Origin: Trichosphaerium sp. ATCC 40318
Taxonomy: Eukaryota > Protista > Tubulinea
Length of the DNA: 64,000 nucleotides
Reading direction: 5' to 3'
NCBI GenBank assembly: GCA_038496445.1
Contig: JALMLS010000052.1
Coordinates: forward strand, 79,706 to 143,705
Both the position numbers and the translations under genes were made by a program. The notes beneath the pieces were generated by a model that was given only the letters and a program-made list of their open reading frames with translations, was not told the origin of the DNA and did no database searches. Shown one piece after another: positions 20,429 through 31,600 of this stretch (within the stretch, counting starts at the first letter, position 1; each line of letters opens with the position of its first letter).

Positions 20429-23400
20429 TTACTTGGAACCACAAAACTGAGCCTTCCAGTCTAACCAATCGTTGACTTGTATGAATTTTTTTTCAAAAAG
20501 AACTTTGATCTTCTTTTTCTTAAAGAATAATCCAGATATAGCTTCAGTTGATTGTTGATTACCAATATCATTACCACATTTACAATATAATTTACCTATT
20601 TTAGATGCAACTCTTTCTTCAAGATGCTCAACAACCATATTTTTTTTTTCCAAAAAATCAAAAGTTTTTTGAATCATAACCAAATGCTTCCCTTGTTGTC
20701 CGGGGTACTGCAAAGGTATAAAATCATTTGATGTACCTAATATAATACTACACTTTTTACAGCATAAAAGAATATCAGACTGCTTTGTATCTTGTTTAAG
20801 TATAGTAGAAGTAGAAACTGAACTTTTTTTTTGTTGCTGTTGTTTTTTTTTTTGAAGATTAGGATCTTGCCAAGACTTGTTAAGTACGCCCATTTTTTTA
20901 AGCGCATCTGCGCATGCAAGAAGTTCTGCTGTTTTTTTTGTTTTATGAGAAGCTCTACCATGAGTAAATTGTGTTTTTGTATAGAAAGTAGGAGGTATTG
21001 GTGCCTAATAGAACATAAATAAACAAAGCAAATTCAAAAAGTAGAAAAATTGTTTCTTTTGTTTTTATGTTGTTTCGCCTTCCTTGTTTTTTGACGAGTT
21101 ACAAATAGAGGAAGGCTAAAGCATACAAATTGCCATCTTTTTAGAGGTTGTAAAACTTATCACAACAAGGCAACAAACAGCAATGTGTCAAACAAAAAGT
21201 ACTCAAAAAAATTTCTGTTTTACCTTGACTATAAATTCTCTGTTTGTCTTATCTTGTTCGTATGTATATACTAATTTCCCTCTGGCTCTTTGCCAGTAGC
21301 TGTGTAGCATGACTTTTGGGTTTTGGTCGACTTTACGTAATTTAGATAATACTGGTAATGTCTGCAAAAAGAAATACATAAAAAATGAGATAATTCGGGG
21401 GTTGTGTGTTCATACCTTGTTTGCTTCGCTAGCTATAATATTAATGAGATCATCAATATGATCTTTTGGTATTGAGCGCCCATTCTAGATGTTCTTTCAT
21501 GAGTTTCAATGTCACCTTAGACAAAAAATTTCGTACCTTTCTCAAACATTCACTTATTACGCTAAGGTAAAAAAACACGTGAGAAACAGAAACTAAGAAT
21601 TCGGTCTTGTATTTACCTTGGCTTTGCTGTCTTATCAGTACTCTGTAGTATGGCTTTCCCAACTTTCTCTCCAATACCAATTGCATTGTATTTACTCATA
21701 ACAATACTACAAAGACGTAACTAACCAACAAAATGGTGTAGAAAATAAAAATAACACAAACCTTGGGTTCACATCCTCTTTGCGCCCTACAGCATCTCGC
21801 CATTGGTACACTGCAAGAGCGACTGATTTCTACTATCATCAGAATTGAATATATAACGAATAAAATACCTGTAGTTCGTTTAAAGGAGCTCCCTTAGCTT
21901 TTCTCCAATCGCGAAGATGTTTTCCTAAAAAAGTGTCAGTACAAACGAACACAAAGAGCGTTCAACGTACGTAAAGCGTCTTTAATGCTTCTGTTATGAT
22001 TCTCCCACATTTTGAGCGTCATATCTTGACAATTCTCCCAAGCCACGTGTAACAACGTTTTACCCTTACCTACAGAAGTAGCCAAAAATTAAAAATCTAC
22101 GAGAGCAGTTTGGATTCAGTACGTACTCGTCAATGCTTTGTTTGGTTCCTCTAGGCTATCAAGAAGACGTGCTATACGTCTAAAGATATATACAAGATAA
22201 TGTGAGTCCAATCTAGCGTAGTGAGTCATCACAGCACTCCATGATTTGATAGGCTGTCTCCAATCGCTTCTTGCTAGTTCTTTCGTTTTAGGTTCGTTAC
22301 AAAAGTAGTCTAACAGCCCGCCAAGGCTTACTCTAACAAAGAATATAAGAAGAAAGAACAATCTAAAGCACAGATATCTCTTGACGATATTACAAGACAC
22401 TCGTACTTGTCTGGACCTTCATTGTTTTCTCCTGCATGCTCTAATAAAACAAGATTAAAAATTAAAGGAAGAGAAAAAAATATGCGTGATCGATTACCTT
22501 TGTACAGTTCAATGCCAACTTGTGTATCGAATACATTAACAACATATAAACCAAAGTCACGTTGTAACCAAATAAGATCTTGATCGGCTCTAAAGAAATA
22601 AAATAAACAACTGATACATTCTAAAAAGTGATTTTTTTTTCTACTGTTTCCAAGGATGTGTGGTCGTTTGTTCGTACCCGTGAAGTATCTTCAGGATCTT
22701 AGTATTATTAAATGGCTCATTTAGGATATGAATATGATCACGAAGAGCTAAACCATCAACAAGAAAATCGTGGGAACGCGGATCATTACTAGAGTTTTGA
22801 ACTGAGATTTGAATGATACATGTCATGCCGTAATACGAATAATCCATGTGTTGCTATAGCGCACGTTAAACAACACATAAACAAGTACATCATAGCATAG
22901 TACAACAACCCCAGTCGTACACTACAAAGAAGAAAAAAAAAAGCGAAAAAAAACCGTTTGTTGGTGACGTGTTTTATTTACCTCTGTATCTACACCGAAG
23001 CATTTGACTTTATTCAAAACGTTTACTAAACTAGCCAATTGTTGTTCTGTTTCAACTATCGTTAGATTTTCTTCCTTCATCTTAGTAGCGGGCTAAAGGC
23101 AAGGCGTTAGAATGGAGTTGAGTTATTGTTAAATCAGTTGTAGTATTTGACGCCTGTCATTCTACAAACAGCGCTAACGCGCTAGCAGTGACTGTGGATA
23201 AAAGCTCAGCCCAGAAACAATTACTCATAAAAAAACCGAAAAGATCTCTAAGAGGAGTATATCGCCTGCGATCAGGTTCTTTTTACGTACTGGTGTTGGT
23301 ATATCATCCTTCCAAGTGTATTGAGAAGGCTGTTTACAAAGCAGTTAACAATCTGTTATGTTTAAATGTGTCACTCACGTCAATGGTGCTTATCAAGTCA

Positions 23401-23754
23401 TTAATTTCGTGTTTGAAAGGGTGTTCGTATGGCGGATTAGAGTATGACGCTAAAATAGACAAAATAAATATCAAAGCCATTGGAAGTACTCCCGCACGTA
23501 ATGGATAAGCACTGTGGTACTTTTTTAACAGTTTAGGCTTTATTGGACCAGCGTTGTTATTAACACCTCTTTTCGCGTTGGCCACGCGTCTGAAACAACG
23601 ACATAAGACAAGGAGTCGACATTGCCGATGTCTATTTTCAAAAAGCGACGTACGGTGTTAGATGTGATCGGAATACGCTTTTCACAGCCATGGAGATACG
23701 TTTGTGACGGAATGAGGATGAAAGGTCAACTGGGGTCGCGGAATGGCATTCCAT
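20429..23754 (-). CDS. RRP6-like DEDD-Y 3'-5' exoribonuclease + HRDC + dsRBD + RIG-I/MDA5 CTD-like zinc domain (start ATG 23754 or 23691)
   Basis: HPFKHEI; ExoI FGVDTE|QHMDYSYYGMTCIIQIS; ExoII LHG|ADQDLIWLQRDFGLYVVNVFDT; ExoIII DWRQ...YARLDSHYLVYI; HRDC AVYQWRDAVGRKEDVNP; dsRBD NPKVMLHSYWQ...GRASHKTKKTAELLACADALKKMG; terminal CKKC...GKLYCKCGNDIG. Confidence 0.85.
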
Positions 23755-23893
23755 GAACTAAACGTGCCCTGAACGACAGTCGCGACGAGTCCTTTTTTTT
23801 GAGAGACTTTCTAAACCCTTGCTAAAACTGGCGTTACGTTAAGAGTAGTGTTATGTACACGTGACAAGTTAATTTTTCTAATTTTCACTTTAT

Positions 23894-24883
23894 TTAAATG
23901 GGTGTGTAACAAACAGTACACCAGCATCTCGATACAAAAGTATTGTGCATCAGTATACAACCAATTGGAGTCACTGCTCCAAGACCAATCAACGCATTTT
24001 TACAACCATTATCCTTACATCCTGGAGCATTAATGCCGCATGTTTGAGTTAGAGTGATGTCGCTCTGTGGTACACAAGCACAAACACGTTCTGTACCACC
24101 AGCTAAGAAATCACGTGAGTTGAGAAGAGCTTGATACTTGGAAAAGACGTACCAGGGAGGTATCTGTGGTACAATTTACATTCTGTTCCTTCCGTCTGCG
24201 ATTGGCAGCCATTATCTTGGCATCTTCCTAAGAATGGATTCCATCTACAGCATCCCGTTGACTAGACAACACGTGTGAGTAAAAAACGAGGTCGAAAGGC
24301 CGATAGCTTACTACTGGAGGCTCAGTTGGTACTGGTGGTTTAGTAGTAGGTGCTCTTGTAGTTGGCGCTGGTGGATCGCAACAGCAGCAAGCACACTCTG
24401 CAGATGCCTTATGGAATGCGTCGTTAGGACAACAACGAAGCTCGAAAACGTCTGTCGTCTTTTTACATTCATTTACAGTCATAAGAGGTTTACCCAAAGC
24501 ATTACACTTTCTAAATAGTACGAAACAAGTTAGTAAAACTTCAATACGAAGGAAGCTCTCCGACTAAAAAGACCGAATCACGTGGGAATAATTTAATTTT
24601 GGTTTCTAAAGTTTTTCGGGTTCAAAGTAAAGAGATGGCTCTTGAAAAGGATAAATATATTACATGTTACGTACGCTTGACATGCTTGTTTTGCTGATAG
24701 TAATGCGTCATCACAAGCTTCTGTTTTATTACAAGACGATTCAATAACAACGCCTGAGTTTACAGGAACGCAAGGCTGACAGAATACCTAGTTGAAGTTA
24801 GACCCGAGAGATACTCAAGTAATACGTACCGATGCTAAGAGACATGCGGCAGCAAGACAAACAAGTAGAGAAGAGACCCTCAT
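23894..24883 (-). CDS. Small secreted cysteine-rich protein with Pro/Thr linker
   Basis: Signal MRVSSLLVCLAAACLLAS; Cys-rich N-domain ending CACCCC; PPAPTTRAPTTKPP linker; two related C-terminal units (CQDNGCQ...CKLYH...VCAC and CKDNGCK...CILMH...RCWC); stop at 23896-23894. Confidence 0.7.
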
Positions 24884-25606
24884 GACGTTTAGTTTGGGCG
24901 TTTGAGGCTAATGGTACGTTCACATCGATTCGCTAAACGGCCATGTTCATATGAATTTAGTACGTTATCAGAACGTGTTAAAAAAAGGGCAGTTTCTGTG
25001 AGCGTGTTGACGTGTAAAAACTTGGTACACGGCTTCTCGGTATTTTAATCGAAATGCGAGTTTGTACTTATTTCGAAGACAATTGCGAGTTTTTATGTAC
25101 TTTTTTTTCAGTTATGGTATTTGCACGTTCTCAGGCGTGTTAACAGGTAACACTCTATAACTTTCATAAATAATTTCAGGGGATTATTACCGTTTAATCC
25201 TTGAGCGAGTCGCTTTAACAAAAACCTGTGCACCTTATTCTTTCTTACTAGAATCAACAAGTACTTCCACTTGCCAGAACCTTATCCAGTACACGTACCT
25301 AAGAAATAACACTTTATCCGCTTTGTTAGCAGTGATTCGGGCTATTACGTCCAACTTATAGCCTTTAATGTTGGTTTCTTCTCAATTTATTCCTGCATTT
25401 ATCGATTCTCAGTTTTCTAACCAGTATAATTCGATTGCAATCAAAGTAATGTACTCTATATACCCAAGGTACTTACACGCGTGCCCCTTTAAGAATTTTC
25501 GTTTATTGCATGTCCAGAATATGTTTCCCAAATTGGCAAGTATACTGCTCAAGACATCGTATTGTACCAATTTAATTTTACGCTCGTAGTTATTACAGAG
25601 GTCGCA

Positions 25607-27894
25607 ATGAATTACGTAGTTGTGATACTGGTATTCACGTGTGCATCCGTGGCATACTCTCAGGGTTGTGTAACTGTTAACAACACATCTAATTTATGTG
25701 GCTTTCCAAACAATTATACGTTCTTTACTACTCTCAATTTTACGGTGGAGGTTCTCGATGGACTATATGAAGCTCAAAGAGGAGGAATATCAGATGTATC
25801 ACAATTTGTGTCCACAGAGTACGCAGCAAGCTAACTGCTGTCATAAAACCGCGTTTGACGCAATTATACTAGGTGTGGCGCTGCTTTTAAAGAACTTGTA
25901 TGCAAATCGGTATACCGACAATGTGCTGGTACGTTAGACAATGGTTTCTCAAACGCTCGCTACTTCACCCAATAAGGCGGCACTATCCTTTTTTGGAAGT
26001 AATTTGCTTAAAGGTTTCTTGCCTGTGCCCATATGTACGGATGTATGTGAGTCAGTAAGATCATGTCTTGGTGCTGTAGGTGTAGAAGAAGCGCTACTTC
26101 CAAATTGTTCAGCTCTCTTGTGTACGTTCTTAGCGACAAAAAAAAAAAAATTTGAGTGGCGCCTTACTTCACTTTAAGTTGGTCTACCTGAGTTCGCTCC
26201 ACGCCCAGCATGTAACCAAGTAGAGGCACAACAAATACCTTCGGATTGCATTTATCCGGCAGTATACAATGTAGATCATGAAGATGGGTTCCTAGGCTTG
26301 TGTGATACTGGATGTCCAAAGAATTTCATTAAAGATACGCCACGAAAAATAGAAATAATAGTGCGGCATTTTTACCTTTAGCTCATGTGTGTTGTACTAA
26401 CATTTATTACAATTTCCAGCTTATGTATGTCTTCACGCCTATCTCCATTTTACTTGGTATCATGGGCCTGTTCGTATCTATTAGAGTATCTATGAAGCGT
26501 GGATTTCCGTTGGTGTTGCATACTCTAGTCATAGCGTACAACTCTCCTTCAGATGTCTACCATTGCTAAAAATGCACACTAGGTACTCACTCATTGGTGT
26601 TCTGGGATATATACCTAGTTTTATTGTTGGGCCAGAGAAGTTAAAGTGCTTGAACGAAGCTACAGAGTACAGACCAACTGATAACTACCTGTGTCTTATA
26701 CAAGGTATGCTACAATTTGCCGTACTTACTTACAATATTAAAATAGGGCTCTTCATTACGCACTTTACTCTGCTCACTGATTGCGCGTTTGTAGCATGGG
26801 TAGTAGGCATGATATGCATGTTCCTTACTCAAAAGCAGCCCAACAACTACTTCAAGTAATTTTATTTGTACAGTTTTCAGCACGTCTAACTTTACTGCTA
26901 GAATAGCGTTATACGTTATACCATGGATTTTCATGACAGCATGGGATATAGGATATCTTGCAAAGGACAACTTTGGTGCAAACGTGGCAGTATCAACACA
27001 TTGTGCAAGTGAGTGAAACGGTTGTTTCCTTGAAACACAAAAGTATTTAATCTGTTGCTAGTGCGCCTCAATTCAAGATCTCTTACCATAACACATATTG
27101 TTCTTACCTCTATAATAACAGTTTCATGTGTCGTTGGGTGTATTGCCTTCGCATTTCTAGTGTATAGAGTATGGATAAACCGAGAACCTGCGCTGAAAAA
27201 AGGTTGTGCTAACTTAGTATTTCTAGGAATTTGCAAAACTAAAGAGTTTGAGTGGTAACAAAAGACAACGTCGGGCGCAGAAAAAATTTGCTAGAAGCCA
27301 ATCAGTTTTGATAGTATTTATTGTAGTCTTTATTTACTTTCTTGTTGTACCTGTATCATTGATGATACAGACTTTGGGTTCAAGCGAAGAAGCACAAGGG
27401 ATAGACTTCGTTTCATGGATGGCTTGTGAAAGAACAACTCCAGGACAGTGCAGTACGCGTTTCTTTATCACGTGTGGCATCATGCACCTAATAAAATTTG
27501 TATAGAACTAGGAGCAGTCAGCGCAGATTGGGTTCAATCTTGAACAGCTTTAATATTAACGCTAGACCTACAATTATAATACTAGCTTCATTAAGTACGT
27601 CTTTCAAAACGTTTCTTGATTTTTTATGAAGTACAACATCTCCACTGACAGCCAGTTTAATGATAGCTGTTAAACCTTTCTATGATGAATTACTTGCATT
27701 GTTTGGTATTGTTGTATCTTCAATTGCTACCACACGTAAGTCATCGCCTCATATTGTCTTCTTCTTTGTTAACAATCTTCGTAGTATCCATTTCTACGCG
27801 TTCAGCAACGACTACAGAAGGATCAAATACTCTATCTTCTGATCCAAAGGAGGGTGACGAAAGCGAAGAAGAGCTAGACGACGTAGGCGAATAA
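25607..27894 (+). CDS. Frizzled/Smoothened-like GPCR (extracellular CRD plus multi-pass TM region)
   Basis: Signal peptide; CRD-like C..C..CGAAFKELVCKSVYRQC..PVPICTDVCESVRSC..PNC; several hydrophobic helices, CLIQG motif, Ser/acidic tail. Confidence 0.7.
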
Positions 27895-28638
27895 GAAACT
27901 AGCTATAAATAAGTATGATGAGTTTGTAGTTATACAAACCAAGGTAGTATAACTATCTTTTTTAATAAAGAAACAGCTTCATAGCGATAAAAATCAAGTT
28001 TGGTTATCGACAGTAGCAAGATAATAGCTATTTGTTCAAGCTAGCACACTAAAGTAACTACGTATCGCACCGTAAGCACGTGATACAACATTGCTTTACC
28101 ACTTTTAGCATTATTAGTACTTTTCATCTTGCTCTGTAGTTAGCGAAGGACTATCGCAGCGATGCGTTAAATAAGCACTCCCTCTATACTATCACATACA
28201 TTAAATGAGCACGCTCTCTATTACAAATAAACAGAATCTGTATTTTCGAGCACACTTTATGGATAAATACTGAAAAAACGAATTCGCTTTAGAACTCTGT
28301 ATCCTTTATGATATTACACACGACAATCGCAATATGTATTTTCTTGTCCATCGTTGTTTCCAACGCTAGCTAGCGTTGTGAGATTGTGTTCATATCGTTG
28401 CCCAAATGAAAATAGACTTTTATGTTCGTCGCCCTCGCTAGTCCTAGCGTAATATTACCATATTAACCTACAATATTGTACGAACCATTTTGCAGTTTAT
28501 CTAGCGTGTACGTTTTCTACAAAGTATCTTTGTGTCCCGTGTAAAATATTACCAAATTTCTACTAAAATAACAGTGTACACAGACTATTTCCACAGCATT
28601 ACGCAATACAACAGCTCTCTAAAGATAAAGGAATAGCC

Positions 28639-31600
28639 ATGAGACCAACGCTGGCACTAGCAGTGATACTAAGTGTTTGTGTATTTGCCACAAGCGCAAA
28701 CTTGCTTTCAAACGGAGGTATGCATATTCCTATGCTAGTAAAATCGCTTTCACGTGCTTTTCTCTCTTTTTGAGTGTCGAATACGCTCGTTATTTTCGTA
28801 CACTATATCGCTAGCACATAACAGCCGTAACTAGCTGTTTACGGCAAAGGGTTTCGGACACAACAAAACAACTAAAATTAAAAAAAAAAACTTTTTGCGT
28901 GCACATGTAGTGCCACTAAACAATTATCTACATAGGCTTCGAGTCAGGAAATACAAATGGATGGTCTTCCCTTGGATCACCAACATCAACTTTCACTGCT
29001 GTCACAAACAGAAAATATTCTGGAGCTTACTCTGGTAAAAGCACAAGACCAAGGTAACCTTTGCACCAAAAGCTAAAACTGCCGGCAGTTAAACTTAAAA
29101 AACCTAAACCGGAAAAAGTTGTATCGTTTGGGTAAAACCCTAACATGTCGCTAGTGGTGCCGCTACATGGCATGGGCCATCGATGGACTTATTGGCAGTA
29201 GCCAATAGCCATAATACTGCTGCTAACGACGTTTTTGATTTCTCTGTTCGCGTTTTTTTAGAAGGTAGTGCTTCTCGATTCATTAAAGTCACTGTATAGT
29301 ACGTATTGCTTTTTTTGAACATGTTTACGCTATTGTTTAATAATTGTGCATGGTTTGTCTTGCGCTAGTTACGAAAAAATTTTAGCGTTTGAATCACGTG
29401 ATAAATTGTAAACTTGATTAAAATTCGCTTTTTTGGTTTCTAAAACCGTGCTTTAGTCGTAAACTTACAGATGGCACTCAATCTTGGGTTTCTGTCGATG
29501 AAGGAACAAAAGCAGGAAACCAATGGCATTTATTGTCAGGTAACGTTTTAAAACAAGCGTAAGTCAGTCACGTGACGTATTTAGGGTCATACACCATTAT
29601 TCAAAGGTCGCAAATTTCTGAACTTATGTTGTTTCTTGAGGGACCACCAGCAGGTATTTCTTTACCTAAATATAGTGTCGTTGCCAACTGTTTTAGGTGT
29701 GAACTTTTACATTGACGAAGCTACGCTTGTTATCCAAGGTAGAGGCCAACATGTGCCCGGTAGAGTAGAAGCTGAGTCATACAACGCGTACAGTGACACT
29801 ACGACTGGAAATTCAGGTTCGTGAAAGTTTTTTTTTTGTCGGTGGATTTGATACCCGCTTTGTACTAAAACTTTGCTTTAGGTGGTGCACTATGTGGTGC
29901 CTCACCAGGGGAGGACGTAGATATTCAATCTACATCGGACACTGGCGGCGGTTGCAATGTCGGTTGGACTTCAAACAATGAATGGCTTGAGTACAACCTC
30001 TATTTCGTTCAAGATGGAACTTACACCATCAATGGTAAGCTAGGGGCTTCTGTAAGTTGTTCACTAAAATATTTGGATCATAGCTCGTGTTGCCGCATCA
30101 GGATCTGGTTACAAACAATTTGATCTCTTCCTTGATGGAGCTTGGCTTGGAAACACACCGTTCTCAGGAACAGGCGGTAACGTCTTTTCTTCGAAGATTA
30201 CTGGCTAATAATGTTGTTGTTAATAGGTTGGCAATCCTGGACTACTATTACTGGTACAGTTGGATTCGTTTCTAAAGGCACCCACGTTCTTCGTTTAAGA
30301 CACACTGTTGCCAGCTACAATTTGAATTGGATTTCGCTTCATGTCGGAGGAGGATCAACACCTCCACCTCCACCGCCTCCAACACCTGCCCCTACAGCTG
30401 CCCCTCCACCTCCTACACCGGCGCCAATGGGCAGTACACCAACTCCGTCACCTTCCACAATCTCAGGAAATCAACCAGTACAAACACTGAGATTGACTGA
30501 TATGAATTTTGTCTCAACTACTGGATCAGCTTCTGAGACATCTAGCGGTGGAAATGACTTTATCTCTTTCTCAACAAATTCAAATCGAAACAGAGTATAC
30601 TTTTGTCAGAAGGTAACCGAGTCAACAAAGCACGTGGTTCCACTTTTCTAATTGTTTTTTTTCTAGCATATCTCGTTCAAGGGATTTAACTTGCCAAGAT
30701 CTGGTTTCGCTTTCAGAAAGGATCGTCAGTACAGACTACAATTCGATTGGCAACAAGCTTCAGGATCTTCAAGTGGCTCCAGCATCAATACCATTGGATT
30801 CTTCCTTCGTCATGCAAGTACTCAAGATGATATTTATGACACAAACTACATCAACTCTCCAGACGATTGGTTCATAAGAGGTACGATTACTTTTGGATGT
30901 TAAACGTAATACACATACTGACATATCTCTTACTTAGCTCTTCCTTCCATTTCTGGATCACACAATCACGGTGGGTTCCAAGCGAAGGAAATATCTTTCA
31001 CATTACCTGAAGATACAGGTTTTATTTCTCTTTGTATGTATCTCAACTCTGGATCAAGCTCGACATCTGGATCAGTATTCAGAATGAGAAATCTACGTAT
31101 AAGAGTTCCTTCAGCACCCTTTGTTACAAGTTTGTTACCTGCATACACAACAATTGTTCAAAGAAAAATCGCGTACGAAAACAACTTACTTAAAATACTA
31201 AATGATGTACATCTGCTTACTTTTCTTTCAATTAGTCCAAGTCCTCCAGCCTCAGAGTATTCGCAAAGCGGATGTCCGCACTGGGAGAGTAACCTCAGAT
31301 TATGGCAAATAGGATCAACATGGGGAGGTTCAGTACCAAACCCTGGTAGCTCCATAACTCTTCCATCAAACACCAAGGCAAGTAGTTACTTCGTAACTGT
31401 AAATCATTGTTTCTGACTTTCCTTCTAGGTTCTCGTTGATAGAAACTCCTTCAATGCTGGACAAACATATGAGTCTATTACAATCCCTGAAGGAAGTCAA
31501 CTTATATTCAAAGACGAAGCAATCACACTTGATGTGAAAAAGATAATAGTCAACGGTCGCTTGAGAATAGGATCTCCAAGTTGTCGTCTTAACAACAACA

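Noticed and set aside
23700-23800. GC-rich hairpin (gtcgcg/cgcgac) followed by a T-run, resembling a Pol III ncRNA
   Set aside because: Much of it is an open in-frame N-terminal extension (ATG 23754) of the RRP6-like gene on the minus strand; no A/B boxes or known RNA motifs were seen.
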